Source: Acidimicrobiia bacterium
GTDB taxonomy: Bacteria > Actinomycetota > Acidimicrobiia > Spongiisociales > ZC4RG35
Length of the DNA stretch: 64,000 nt
NCBI GenBank assembly: GCA_035249605.1
Contig: DATFGI010000026.1
Span: forward strand, 2,730-66,729
Direction of reading: 5' to 3'
Shown here: one piece after another, positions 52,410 through 62,271 of the stretch
Layout of the letters: the number at the start of each line of letters is the position of its first letter
How positions within the stretch are numbered: position 1 is the stretch's first letter
The notes under the pieces: generated by a model
The model's database searches: none
Told to the model about the DNA's origin: nothing
What the model saw: only the letters and a program-made list of their open reading frames with translations
Program-made: the position numbers and the translations under genes

Positions 52410-54263
52410 ATGCTGGAATCGATCACACAACCTTCCGATCTTCGTGGCCTCGACCAAGAGCAGCTGGCCGTGCTCTGCGAGGAGATCCGCAGCTTCATCC
52501 TGGAAAAGGTCTCTCACACCGGGGGACACCTGTCGCCCAATCTCGGTGTCGTCGAGCTGACCCTGGCGCTTCATCGCGTCTTCGACTCGCCTCAGGATCG
52601 GTTCATCTGGGACGTCGGCCATCAGGCCTACGTGCACAAGATCATCACCGGCCGTTCCGGCCGTTTCGATGTCCTCCGCCGCACCGGCGGTCTCTCCGGC
52701 TATCCGAGCCGCGAGGAGTCCGTGCACGACTTCGTCGAGAACAGCCACGCCTCCACCTCGTTGAGCTACGCGCTGGGACATGCTCTCTCCGGCTATCCCG
52801 GTTGGACCGTGGCCGTGATCGGCGACGGCGCCTTCACCGGCGGTATGGCCTACGAGGCGCTCAACCACATCGCGGTGGCCCGCCCCGAGCGACTGATCAT
52901 CGTCCTGAACGACAACGGACGTTCCTATGCGCCGACGGTGGGCGGTCTCGCCGCCCTCTCCAAGCTGGCCCACTACCGGATCGATCCCCGTTACGAGAAG
53001 GCGAAGCAAGCACTGGGCCGCATCCTCCGGGGGATCCCACTGGTGGGTGAGACCGCCGACGAGATGGCGAGCCGGATGAAGGACGCCGTCAAGCAGATCT
53101 TGGACCCGGCCACCGTCTTCGATGCCCTCGACCTCAAGTACACCGGCGCCATCGACGGCCACGACATCCCGCTCCTCGAGGAGACCCTCGAGCAGGCCAA
53201 GGCCTATCGCGGGCCGGTGGTCGTCCATGTCATCACCGAGAAGGGGAATGGCTACCAGCCCGCAATCGAGGACGACGAGGAGAAGCTCCACGGTGTCGGC
53301 GCCTTCGACCTGGCCACGGGACGGGCCCACAAATCGGAGCTCAAGCTGACCGACGTCGCCGGGCGGGCACTGGCCGAGGCGGCCGAGACCAGACCCGACC
53401 TCGTCGGGGTGTCGGCGGCGATGATCTCCACTGCAGGCCTGAAGGAGATGGCGAGACGTTTCCCCGACCGGGTCCACGACACCGGGATCGCCGAGCAGCA
53501 CACGGTCACCCTCGCCGCCGGGATGGCGATGGCGGGAAAGCGACCTGTGGTCGCGCTCTACTCGGCCTTTCTGCAACGGGCTTTCGACCAGATCGTGGCG
53601 GACGTCGCCCTGCACGACCTCCCGGTCACATTCCTCATCGACCGGGCCGGTGTCACCGGGCCCGACGGGCCGTCACACCACGGTGTGTTCGATCTCTCCT
53701 ACTTGCGGATGATCCCCAACCTCGTGATCGGCGCCCCCTCCGACGCCACGGAGCTGTGCGCCATGATCGAGACCGCCGTCGATCACGACGGACCGATCGC
53801 GGTCCGCTATCCCAAGGGGGGAGCTGTTTCGATCCCGTCTTTGCCGGTGGAGCCCCTGGAGGTGGGCCGCGCCGAGTTGCTATCCGAGGGCGCCGACGTG
53901 CTCCTTGTTGCGGTGGGCAGGATGGTCGAGATTGCGGAGAAGGCCGCCCTCGACCTCTCCGGCAAGGGGATCGACGCCGGTGTGGTCAACGCCCGCTGGG
54001 TCAAGCCCCTCGATCCTCGCATCATGGAGTGGGCCGCTCCCGCGGACGTGGTGGTGACACTCGAGGACAACGTGGTCGCCGGTGGCTTCGGCGCCGCGGT
54101 CATGGAGGCGCTCTCCGCGGCGGGGATGGTCAAGAGGGTGGTCAACATCGGCGTCCCCGACGAATTCCTCCCCTTCGGCGCCGCCTCCGACGTCATGGAG
54201 TCGGTAGGCATGGACCCCGACTCGGTGGTGGAACGGGTCCTGCTGTCGGTTGGCAAGGTCTGA
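52410..54263 (+). CDS. dxs: 1-deoxy-D-xylulose-5-phosphate synthase
   Basis: It has GGHLSPNLGVVELTLALH, DVGHQAYVHKIITGR, GDGAFTGGMAYEALN and DRAGVTGPDGPSHHG. Confidence 0.95.
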   Translation: MLESITQPSDLRGLDQEQLAVLCEEIRSFILEKVSHTGGHLSPNLGVVELTLALHRVFDSPQDRFIWDVGHQAYVHKIITGRSGRFDVLRRTGGLSGYPSREESVHDFVENSHASTSLSYALGHALSGYPGWTVAVIGDGAFTGGMAYEALNHIAVARPERLIIVLNDNGRSYAPTVGGLAALSKLAHYRIDPRYEKAKQALGRILRGIPLVGETADEMASRMKDAVKQILDPATVFDALDLKYTGAIDGHDIPLLEETLEQAKAYRGPVVVHVITEKGNGYQPAIEDDEEKLHGVGAFDLATGRAHKSELKLTDVAGRALAEAAETRPDLVGVSAAMISTAGLKEMARRFPDRVHDTGIAEQHTVTLAAGMAMAGKRPVVALYSAFLQRAFDQIVADVALHDLPVTFLIDRAGVTGPDGPSHHGVFDLSYLRMIPNLVIGAPSDATELCAMIETAVDHDGPIAVRYPKGGAVSIPSLPVEPLEVGRAELLSEGADVLLVAVGRMVEIAEKAALDLSGKGIDAGVVNARWVKPLDPRIMEWAAPADVVVTLEDNVVAGGFGAAVMEALSAAGMVKRVVNIGVPDEFLPFGAASDVMESVGMDPDSVVERVLLSVGKV

Positions 54264-54268
54264 GACGG

Positions 54269-54315
54269 TTCTGTGTCGAAAATTCCGGAAATAGCCCGGC
54301 ATTTTCGACACAGAA
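54269..54315. terminator. bidirectional terminator-like hairpin (15-bp perfect arms)
   Basis: The arms are TTCTGTGTCGAAAAT (54269-54283) and ATTTTCGACACAGAA (54301-54315). The 17-nt spacer contains CCGG...CCGG. It fills the gap between convergent dxs and the ABC permease gene. Confidence 0.5.
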
Positions 54316-54319
54316 GTCT

Positions 54320-55162
54320 TCAAAGCCGCCCGGGGATGGCGATCCGGCGCTCGTACCAGCGGAGGATCAGGCTGAGGCCGAGGGTGAGCACCACGTAGAT
54401 GATCACCAGGATGAAGAACGACTCCCGGAACCTGAAGGTCGATCCCGAATAGAGCCGGGCCATCTGCGTCACCTCCCGGACTGCGAGGACGGAGACCAGC
54501 GAGGTGTCCTTCATCAGTGAGATCAGGTCGTTGCCCAGGGCGGGCAACATGTTGCGCACCGCCTGGGGGAGGACGATGCGTCGCATCACCTGACGGTCGC
54601 GCAGACCCAGGGCTCGCCCCGCCTCTGCCTGCTCCCTCGGCACCGACTGGATCCCAGCCCGGAACACCTCGGCGATGAAGGCGGCGTAGAAGAGGCTCAG
54701 CGCCGCTCCGGCCCGCAACGCCTGGGAGATGCTGCGGCTCTCCATCTCCACCAGATCGGCGAAGTCGGGGACCAGGACCAGGGCGATGAGGAATAGCCAC
54801 ACCAGCATCGGGACGCCCCTGACGAACTCGATGTAAAGACCGGCGACGTTGCTCAAGACAGCGTTTTTGGAGACCCGGCCCAACCCGAGCAACAGACCGA
54901 TCACGATCGCCACCACGAACGAGCCGAACGTCAGATAGAAGGTCATCAGGATCCCCTCGGTGAGCCGGAGGGGGATCGGGAAGATGTTGCGGAAGGCCTC
55001 CCGGTACGCCTCGTTGAAGACGATCGCGACGACCATCGCTCCGATGATCAGAAGCATCGCCGCCAGCCACCAGGGGAACTCGCGGGCGTCGAAGCTGTAG
55101 GCCCCGCCCACGGTGGGCACCGGTGGCTCGGTGTCGGTCGGTGCTACACGGCGATCGGACAT
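54320..55162 (-). CDS. polar amino acid ABC transporter permease (His/Glu/Gln/Arg family)
   Basis: The EAA region is [52 protein letters not shown] 55162 was chosen as start. Confidence 0.85.
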   Translation of the reverse strand: MSDRRVAPTDTEPPVPTVGGAYSFDAREFPWWLAAMLLIIGAMVVAIVFNEAYREAFRNIFPIPLRLTEGILMTFYLTFGSFVVAIVIGLLLGLGRVSKNAVLSNVAGLYIEFVRGVPMLVWLFLIALVLVPDFADLVEMESRSISQALRAGAALSLFYAAFIAEVFRAGIQSVPREQAEAGRALGLRDRQVMRRIVLPQAVRNMLPALGNDLISLMKDTSLVSVLAVREVTQMARLYSGSTFRFRESFFILVIIYVVLTLGLSLILRWYERRIAIPGRL

Positions 55163-55226
55163 CGGGCCGCAACATAACGAAGCGCCGGACCTGGGGCCCG
55201 GCGCTTCGAGTTTCATCCGGGGCTGA

Positions 55227-56138
55227 CTAGCCCTCGATGTCGTCGTAGGTGACGGTGAAGTCGGGGCCGAACCACTTCCGGCCCAGCTCTTCCATCGTCC
55301 CGTCCTCTCTCATGGCAGCGATCGCCTGGTTCACGGGGTCGACCAATTCGGAGCCCTTCGGATAGATGAACCCGAGCGGGTCGGACTGGAGTGGATCGTC
55401 GATGGTCTCGATCTGGTCGGCGTTCTCGCCGATGTAACCGAGCCCGGCGGCATCGTCGATGATCACCACGTCGACATCCCCGGCGATCAGCGCCTGGATG
55501 GCCAGACCGAACTGGTCGAAGGCCTGGATCCGGTCCTCACCGACCAGCTCCGCAGCCAGCTCGAAGTTGGTCGTGCCCACCTGGGTGGCCACGACGGCGT
55601 CCGAGTTGATCACGTCGTCGGCGCTGGCGAACCGGTCATCGCCGAGCTGCTTGATGAACTTCTGCTGCACCACCATGTAGGGCTCGGAGAAGTCCACGAT
55701 CTCGGCGCGCTCCTCGGTGATCGAGATGCCGTCGGCTGCGGTGTCGTACTCACCTTGGGCCACCTGGTCGATCACCGCCGGCCAAGCCGCCTCGACGAAC
55801 TCGGGAACGCAGTTGAGCCGCTCGCAGATGTCGTTCCAGGCGTCGTAGTCCCATCCCTGGCCTTCGGTCTCACCGGCGAGGATGAAGTTGAAGGGCAAGT
55901 ATGCGTTTTCCACCCCGACCGTGACGGTGCGACCCTCCAGGTCGGGCAGAGCCGAGGCATCTGCCGTCGTGGTGGTGTCCGCCGCTGCGGTGCTCGTGGT
56001 GGTGTCCGCTGCTGCGGTGGTGGTGGTGTCCTCGACCGCAGCGGAGGTCGTGGACCCCCCTTGATCGGCCGGTGAGCATGCCGCAAGGGCCAGTGCCATC
56101 ACCGCGAGCAGCGTCATCAGTCGTGTCTTGTTGTTCAT
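55227..56138 (-). CDS. amino acid ABC transporter substrate-binding lipoprotein (family 3)
   Basis: It has a lipobox (LALAACS), a Thr/Ala/Asp-rich repeat linker and a family-3 SBP pattern ([12 protein letters not shown]..., [10 protein letters not shown]). Confidence 0.85.
   Translation of the reverse strand: MNNKTRLMTLLAVMALALAACSPADQGGSTTSAAVEDTTTTAAADTTTSTAAADTTTTADASALPDLEGRTVTVGVENAYLPFNFILAGETEGQGWDYDAWNDICERLNCVPEFVEAAWPAVIDQVAQGEYDTAADGISITEERAEIVDFSEPYMVVQQKFIKQLGDDRFASADDVINSDAVVATQVGTTNFELAAELVGEDRIQAFDQFGLAIQALIAGDVDVVIIDDAAGLGYIGENADQIETIDDPLQSDPLGFIYPKGSELVDPVNQAIAAMREDGTMEELGRKWFGPDFTVTYDDIEG
55968..56031. repeat. about 2.4 copies of a 27-nt in-frame tandem repeat inside the SBP linker
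   Basis: CGTGGTGGTGTCCGCCGCTGCGGTGCT (55968-55994) and CGTGGTGGTGTCCGCTGCTGCGGTGGT (55995-56021) are 25/27 identical, followed by a partial third copy. On the minus strand it encodes repeated AADTTT(S/T)T. Confidence 0.7.
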
Positions 56139-56303
56139 GTTTCGGGGTTCCTCCTATCAGAACCAGACGGGAAGCGTATCGGTGTCTGACTGCTGTTGCG
56201 AGTCCGTCTGGCAATCCTCGGCATCGCTCCGGCGCATGTGATTAGGGTCGCTTCCCAAGCGCGCGGGCCTTGGTCCCGCCTGCCCAACACATACGGAGGA
56301 TCT

Positions 56304-57407
56304 ATGAAGAGATACAGATTGTTGGTGGCATTGGCCGCCCTCACCCTCGTGTTCGCCGCCTGTACCGACGCCGGAGGTGGAGACGGGTCTACGACGACGG
56401 CCGAGGCCGGCGGTGAGGGGGATGCCCCCGGTGAGACCTTGGGCGCGGTGCAAGACAGAGGCACTCTCAACTGCGGCGTGAACAACGCCGTCCCCGGGTT
56501 TGGCTTCGTCGACGCTGACGGCAACTTCAGCGGGTTCGACATCGATTACTGCCGGGCAGTGGCCACCGCTGTGCTCGGCGATCCGGAGGCGGTCGAGTAC
56601 ATCGAGCTCACCGCACAGCAGCGCTTCACCGCACTTGCCTCCGGGGAGATCGACGTCCTGATCCGCAACACCACCTGGACCGCGACCCGTGATGGCAGCG
56701 AAGGCGCCACCTTCGCCACCACCACCTTCTACGACGGCCAGGGGATGATGGTGCGGGCTGGCGAGTTCGATTCGATCGACGACATGGCCGACACCACGAT
56801 CTGCGTGCTCACCGGCACCACGACCGAGCTCAATCTGGCGACACGGTTCGCCGACATCCCGTACACCCCGCTCACTTTCGATGACAACGAGCAGCTACAG
56901 GCGGCTTTCATCGAAGGGCAGTGCGACGGCTGGACCTCCGACAAGTCCCAGCTCGCCGGTGTGCGCTCGGCCTGGCCCGAAGCTGAGGGTGGTCCCGAGG
57001 CGCTGGTGGTCCTGGACGAGACCTTCTCCAAGGAGCCACTGGGTCCCGTCACCCGCGATGGTGACACCGAGTGGGCGCAGATCGTCGACTGGGTCGTGAT
57101 CGCCACGATGGCGGCCGAAGAGCTCGGCATCGACTCCACCAACGTGGACTCCTTCGCCGATACCGACAATGCCGAGATTCGGCGTCTGCTCGGCCTCGAG
57201 ATCGAAGACGATGAAGGCAACACCACCACGTTCGATCCGGGTCTTGGGCTCGACCCGGGGTGGGCCGCCGATGTGATCACGGAGGTGGGCAACTACGCCG
57301 AGATCTACGACCGCAACGTCGGACCGGACACCGCTCTAGGTCTGGAGCGGGGCCTCAACGCTCTGTGGACCGAAGGCGGGCTCCACTACCCGCCGCCATA
57401 TCGTTAG
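56304..57407 (+). CDS. aapJ: general L-amino acid ABC transporter substrate-binding protein (AapJ/BztA-like)
   Basis: It has a lipobox (LTLVFAACT), GTLNCGVNNAVPGFGF.D..G...GFDIDYCRAVA and IRNTTWT. There is a GGAGGA SD before ATG 56304. Confidence 0.85.
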   Translation: MKRYRLLVALAALTLVFAACTDAGGGDGSTTTAEAGGEGDAPGETLGAVQDRGTLNCGVNNAVPGFGFVDADGNFSGFDIDYCRAVATAVLGDPEAVEYIELTAQQRFTALASGEIDVLIRNTTWTATRDGSEGATFATTTFYDGQGMMVRAGEFDSIDDMADTTICVLTGTTTELNLATRFADIPYTPLTFDDNEQLQAAFIEGQCDGWTSDKSQLAGVRSAWPEAEGGPEALVVLDETFSKEPLGPVTRDGDTEWAQIVDWVVIATMAAEELGIDSTNVDSFADTDNAEIRRLLGLEIEDDEGNTTTFDPGLGLDPGWAADVITEVGNYAEIYDRNVGPDTALGLERGLNALWTEGGLHYPPPYR

Positions 57408-57422
57408 ACATGGCCTGAGGGG

Positions 57423-58631
57423 GTGGCTTCGGCCACCCCCTCACCAACATTCCCCATGACGACCACCACCACCGCCGAGGGTGCCCGTCCCCCCTTCTGG
57501 CGCGACATCCGCGTTCTGCGGGTGCTGGCACAACTCCTCGCGGTCGGTGCAACGGTGGCCATCGTCTCCGTCATCTGGTTCAACCTGACCAACAACCTGA
57601 AGGCGAGCGGGTTGACCCTCGGCTTCGACTTCATCGACGAGCCGTTCGGCGTCCCGATAGCCGGTTCCGACCTCAGTCCTGGCGCCGCCATCTGGAGGGC
57701 GCTGCTGATCGGGCTGCAGAACACATTCGCCCTGGTGATCGTGGGAATCCCTCTGATCACGATCATTGGCATCCTCGTCGGCGTGGGACGGCTCTCCACC
57801 AACTGGCTGGTGGCCAAGGCGTCGGCTGTATATGTCGAGGTGCTGCGCAACACACCGCCTCTGCTCGTCATCGTCTTCGCCTTCAACGCCGTCTTCCTCG
57901 CCCTGCCCCTGATCTCCGACCCGATCAACCTCTCCGACCTTGTGATCATCAACAACCGGTTCATCGCAATCGCCTCGCTGAGCAACCTCGAAGGATCAGG
58001 CGTCTTCTGGTCGGTGGTCGCCGGAGCGCTGGTGCTGGCCGTGGTCGTCTGGGTGTGGAGGACGCAGAGGTTCGATCGGACCGGCGAGCCGCACCATAGG
58101 GTGCTCTGGTCTCTTGCCCTCCTGATCGGGATCGGCGTCGTGGCCTATTTCGCCCTGGGCGCGCCGGTCCGACTGTCCCGGCCCCAACTCGAAGGTCGTG
58201 TGCTGACCGGCGGCATCTCCGGCCTGACCGCCTTCTTCGCCATGCTGGTGGCGCTGGTCCTCTACACCGCCAGCCACGTCGCCGAGATCGTCCGGGGCAG
58301 CATCCAGGCGGTGCCGAAAGGCCAGACCGAGGCTGCCAACGCACTCGCCCTCAGCGGGTTGCAGCGACTGCGCCATGTCGTGTTGCCCCAGGCGATGCGG
58401 ATCGCCATTCCCCCAGTGATCAGCCAATACCTCAATTACACCAAGAACACCTCGCTGGGCATTGCCGTCGGATACGCAGAGGTCACGGTGGTCGTCTTCC
58501 AAGCGATCGGCAATGGGCAGCCGGCACCACAGCTCATCTTCTTGCTCATGCTCGGATACCTGGCCTTCTCATTGGTGATCTCGGCACTGGTGAATGTCCT
58601 GAATCGCCGACTTCAGTACGTGACCAACTGA
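57423..58631 (+). CDS. aapQ: general L-amino acid ABC transporter permease (AapQ/BztB-like)
   Basis: It is a long polytopic permease with QTEAANALALSGLQRLRHVVLPQAMRIAIPPVISQYLNYTKNTSLG. ATG 57456 is an alternative start. Confidence 0.85.
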   Translation: MASATPSPTFPMTTTTTAEGARPPFWRDIRVLRVLAQLLAVGATVAIVSVIWFNLTNNLKASGLTLGFDFIDEPFGVPIAGSDLSPGAAIWRALLIGLQNTFALVIVGIPLITIIGILVGVGRLSTNWLVAKASAVYVEVLRNTPPLLVIVFAFNAVFLALPLISDPINLSDLVIINNRFIAIASLSNLEGSGVFWSVVAGALVLAVVVWVWRTQRFDRTGEPHHRVLWSLALLIGIGVVAYFALGAPVRLSRPQLEGRVLTGGISGLTAFFAMLVALVLYTASHVAEIVRGSIQAVPKGQTEAANALALSGLQRLRHVVLPQAMRIAIPPVISQYLNYTKNTSLGIAVGYAEVTVVVFQAIGNGQPAPQLIFLLMLGYLAFSLVISALVNVLNRRLQYVTN

Positions 58632-59881
58632 TGGCCACCGAGCTCGACCAGCGCCTGTCCGCTCCCAAGCACCCGGTCCCGCCGCCCAAGCGGCCAGTGC
58701 GGTGGTCCAAGGAGAACCTGTTCGGGTCGTGGTTCGACACGCTTCTGACGCTGGTGTTCGGTGTGGTGATCGTGTGGGCGCTGGTCTCGCTCGTCCAGTT
58801 CCTGTTGGACGCAGACGCCACGATCATTCGCAGGAATCTCACCAACTTCGTGGTGGGGCGGTTTCCCCGCGATGAGCTATGGCGCCCGTGGATGGCCACC
58901 TATCTGATCACCGCCCTGATCGGTTTGGCGACCGGAGGCTCGATTGCCGCTGCCCGAGAGAGGGCGACCGAGGCGGGCCTGCCCTTCGTCGAGCCCACGC
59001 TGCGGGATGTCGTGCGTCGCTTCTGGCCGCTGCTCCTGCTGACGGCGGTCATCCTCGCCTTCACACAAACGTTGCTTCCCACCCTGCTCACAGTCGGCGC
59101 GATCGTTGTGTTCGCCCTCATCCGTTCATTGGGACTGCGTCTCCCGTCGGGCGTGCGCCGCTGGAACTGGCTGATCGGGATCGTGCTGCTAGTCGGCTCT
59201 TACATGGCGCTGGCTGCTTTCGGTGGACAAGGCTGGGAGGACTGGGGAGGAATCCATCTCAACGTGTTCCTGACGGTGGCCGGGATCCTCTTCGCCTTCC
59301 CCATCGGGCTGCTCCTCGCAATCGGTCGACGTTCCAAGCTCCCTGCGGTGAGATGGTTGTCGGTCACGTTCGTCGAGTTCGTGCGTGGCGTCCCCCTGAT
59401 CACTCTGCTGCTGATGGGCGCCTTCGCCCTTGGCTTCATCCTGCCCGCCGACCTCCGGCCCGGGTTCATCACCAGGATGCTCATTGCCATCACCCTGTTC
59501 GAAGCCGCCTACATCGCCGAGGTGGTTCGTGGAGGGCTGCAGTCGGTTCCCCAGGGTCAAGTGGAGGCCGGCCAGGCCCTTGGGATGTCGCCGTGGCGGA
59601 TCACTCGCCGGATCGTCCTGCCCCAGGCGCTCCGCAACACCATCCCGGCAATGGTGGGCCAGTTCATCAGTCTGTGGAAGGACACCACGCTGGTCTCCGT
59701 ACTCGGGTTGCCAGATCTTCTCGAGGTGTCGCGGACAGTCAATAGCCAGCCGGATTTCCTCGGCCAGGGGCTGTTCATCATCACACTCGGTTTCGCCGGT
59801 CTGGTGTTCTGGGTGGTGTCCTACACGATGTCACGGGAGGCGAGAAGGTTGGAGAAGAAACTGGGAGTAGGAGAGCGATGA
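58631..59881 (+). CDS. aapM: general L-amino acid ABC transporter permease (AapM/BztC-like)
   Basis: It has [48 protein letters not shown]. The ATG overlaps the upstream stop. Confidence 0.85.
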   Translation: MATELDQRLSAPKHPVPPPKRPVRWSKENLFGSWFDTLLTLVFGVVIVWALVSLVQFLLDADATIIRRNLTNFVVGRFPRDELWRPWMATYLITALIGLATGGSIAAARERATEAGLPFVEPTLRDVVRRFWPLLLLTAVILAFTQTLLPTLLTVGAIVVFALIRSLGLRLPSGVRRWNWLIGIVLLVGSYMALAAFGGQGWEDWGGIHLNVFLTVAGILFAFPIGLLLAIGRRSKLPAVRWLSVTFVEFVRGVPLITLLLMGAFALGFILPADLRPGFITRMLIAITLFEAAYIAEVVRGGLQSVPQGQVEAGQALGMSPWRITRRIVLPQALRNTIPAMVGQFISLWKDTTLVSVLGLPDLLEVSRTVNSQPDFLGQGLFIITLGFAGLVFWVVSYTMSREARRLEKKLGVGER

Positions 59882-60651
59882 CTGCACAGACCGACTACAC
59901 GGACGCCACACGGGCCAAGGGCGAGGCCTTCATCGACGTGAGCAATGTCGACAAGTTCTTCGGGGACTTCCAGGCCCTCAAAGACATCAGTATCAGGGTG
60001 GGCAAACAAGAGGTAGTTGTGGTCATCGGCCCCTCCGGGTCGGGTAAGTCGACGCTGATCCGATGCATCAACCGCCTCGAGAAGCACGACAACGGGACCA
60101 TCACCGTGGACGGGATCGAGCTGTCCGACGACATCCGCAACATTCAGGAGGTTCGTCGTGAGACGGGGATGGTGTTCCAGCAGTTCAACCTGTTTCCTCA
60201 TCTCACCGTCATCGACAACATCACCTTGGCCCCCCGCCAGGTGCGGCGCCAAGCCAAAGGAGAGGCCGAGACCGAGGCGATGAAGCTCCTGGAGCGGGTG
60301 GGGATCCCCGAGCAGGCTCACAAGTACCCGGGTCAGCTCTCCGGCGGCCAGCAGCAGCGAGTCGCCATCGCCCGCTCGCTGGCGATGAAGCCAAAGGTGA
60401 TGCTCTTCGACGAGCCCACATCGGCCCTCGACCCGGAGATGATCAAAGAGGTGCTCGACGTCATGGTGGAGTTGGCACAGGGGGGCATGACCATGATCGT
60501 GGTAACCCACGAGATGGGATTCGCCCGGGCCGTCGCCGACCGTGTGGTATTCATGTCCGACGGCCAGATCGTCGAAGTGGGAACCCCCGAGCACTTCTTC
60601 ACCAACCCCGCCGAGGACCGGACCAAACTCTTCCTCAGCCAGATTTTGTGA
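59878..60651 (+). CDS. aapP: amino acid ABC transporter ATPase (AapP/GlnQ-like)
   Basis: It has [36 protein letters not shown] and [13 protein letters not shown]. Confidence 0.9.
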   Translation: MTAQTDYTDATRAKGEAFIDVSNVDKFFGDFQALKDISIRVGKQEVVVVIGPSGSGKSTLIRCINRLEKHDNGTITVDGIELSDDIRNIQEVRRETGMVFQQFNLFPHLTVIDNITLAPRQVRRQAKGEAETEAMKLLERVGIPEQAHKYPGQLSGGQQQRVAIARSLAMKPKVMLFDEPTSALDPEMIKEVLDVMVELAQGGMTMIVVTHEMGFARAVADRVVFMSDGQIVEVGTPEHFFTNPAEDRTKLFLSQIL

Positions 60652-60668
60652 ACGGCGGACCTCCCCCG

Positions 60669-61085
60669 TCAGAGGCGGGATTGGAAGAGAGTGAGCTGGA
60701 TGCCGTCGCCGGCGGTGTAACGCCGGTTGCGGTCGCCCCACGGTGTCTCCACGGGTTCGGCGACCCCCTCGGCGTCTGTGCCGCTGATCGCGGTCATCGC
60801 TTCGTCTAGGTTCGCGACCCTGACCGCGAGGCGAAGGCGGTCGTCGAGCGTAACTCCGGTCTCAACTTGGTCGACCATGGCGGCGTGCTCCCGGTCGATG
60901 ACCTCGAGTGTCGCCTCGGGAACACGAAAGATGACACCCCGACCTCCCTGGTGGTCCAGGTCCCTGAAGACCTCGAGACCCATGCGGTCGCGAAGCAGAC
61001 CGGCGAGCGCCTCGTAGTCGTCGCTGACCACGATGAATCGGAGCTCTTCGACGGCCAGGTCTGGGGTCGGACCCTGTGCGCCCAC
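60669..61085 (-). CDS. VOC-family (glyoxalase/bleomycin-resistance fold) protein
   Basis: Its size and the pattern LRFIVVSDDYEALAGLLRDRMGLEV...RLAVRVANLDEA...ETPWGDRNRRYTAGDGIQLTLF fit the family. The GTG 61085 start is uncertain. Confidence 0.6.
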   Translation of the reverse strand: MGAQGPTPDLAVEELRFIVVSDDYEALAGLLRDRMGLEVFRDLDHQGGRGVIFRVPEATLEVIDREHAAMVDQVETGVTLDDRLRLAVRVANLDEAMTAISGTDAEGVAEPVETPWGDRNRRYTAGDGIQLTLFQSRL

Positions 61086-61168
61086 CCCCACCCGAACCCA
61101 ACCCGGTCCTTGCCCATTCCATCGGCCCTGTCGGGATAGATCCCGAGCGGTTCTAGCCTTGTCGTCCG

Positions 61169-62263
61169 GTGTCCACCCTCTCCAAGATCTCTCTTGTCGT
61201 GCTTGGCTGCGTGATAACCGGAGCCTTGTTGGTGGGTTTTGTCCAATTCGGGATCCCCGACGACACCGACCCGGCCGTCCTCGCCGCACCGACGACTTCG
61301 ACCTCTCCGACCACGACCCCATCCACCACGACCACGACGTCAACCACGACCACCACAACCATCCCCACCACGACCGTTCCGCCCAAGGGCACGTTGGTCA
61401 TCCAGGGCACCGGTGACGTCAACCTCGACCCCGGCTACATCCCCGCCCTCGCCGCAAATGGGTACGACCATGCATGGGCGGGTCTAGACGGCCTGTTCCT
61501 CGCCGACGACCTAACCGTGATCAATCTGGAATGCGCCCCCTCCGATCTCGGGTCCCCCGAGCCAAAGGAGTTCGTCTTCCGCTGCCCCACCGACTCACTC
61601 GACTCCCTCACCACTGCTGGCATCGAGGTGGCCAACATGGGCAACAATCACAGCGGGGACTACGGCAAGGAGGCGCTGGTCGACGGTCGCTCCCGGCTCA
61701 GCGCCGTCGGCGTGGCTCCGGTCGGCGCCGGCGCCAACGTCGAGGAGGCCGCGGCGCCGGCGGTATTCGAAATCGAGGGCTGGAAAGTCGCTGTGATCGG
61801 GTTCGGCGGGGTCTTCCCCACACCGGCATGGTTCGCCGCCGACGAGCGAGCCGGGATGCGTGACGGTGACGACATCCCCTCGATGATGGCCGCAGTGGAG
61901 GCCGCCGAAGCGGTCGCCGACATCGTCGTGGTGGCGATCCACTGGGGGGTGGAGCTGGACACCGAGCCCAGACCCGAGGACGTAGAGAGGGCGAGGGCCA
62001 TGATCGCCGCCGGCGCGGATGTGATCTTCGGTCACCACGCCCACCGTCTCCAGCCGATGGAGATGGTGGACGGCGCCGCCGTGTTCTGGGGTCTGGGCAA
62101 CTTCGTCTGGCCCAGATATTCCGACGCCAGCGCCACCAGCGGGGTGGGTCGAGCCGTGATCCATCCCGACGGGACGATCGATGCCTGCTTGATCCCTGCT
62201 TTCATCGAGAATCCGGGCCAACCTGTGATCACCGGTGAACCGGATTGCGGGCCGGTGCGTTAG
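61169..62263 (+). CDS. CapA-family (PGA_cap metallophosphatase-like) membrane-anchored protein
   Basis: It has an N-terminal TM helix, a Thr/Pro-rich linker, then GDVNLD...VINLECA...VANMGNNHSGDYG...IHWGVE...FGHHAHRLQ. Confidence 0.8.
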   Translation: MSTLSKISLVVLGCVITGALLVGFVQFGIPDDTDPAVLAAPTTSTSPTTTPSTTTTTSTTTTTTIPTTTVPPKGTLVIQGTGDVNLDPGYIPALAANGYDHAWAGLDGLFLADDLTVINLECAPSDLGSPEPKEFVFRCPTDSLDSLTTAGIEVANMGNNHSGDYGKEALVDGRSRLSAVGVAPVGAGANVEEAAAPAVFEIEGWKVAVIGFGGVFPTPAWFAADERAGMRDGDDIPSMMAAVEAAEAVADIVVVAIHWGVELDTEPRPEDVERARAMIAAGADVIFGHHAHRLQPMEMVDGAAVFWGLGNFVWPRYSDASATSGVGRAVIHPDGTIDACLIPAFIENPGQPVITGEPDCGPVR

Positions 62264-62271
62264 GAGAGCCA

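Noticed and set aside
55968-56031. Short tandem repeats as a possible CRISPR or minisatellite
   Set aside because: The units are contiguous with no spacers. They are in frame and lie inside a well-supported SBP gene linker, so this is not a CRISPR array.
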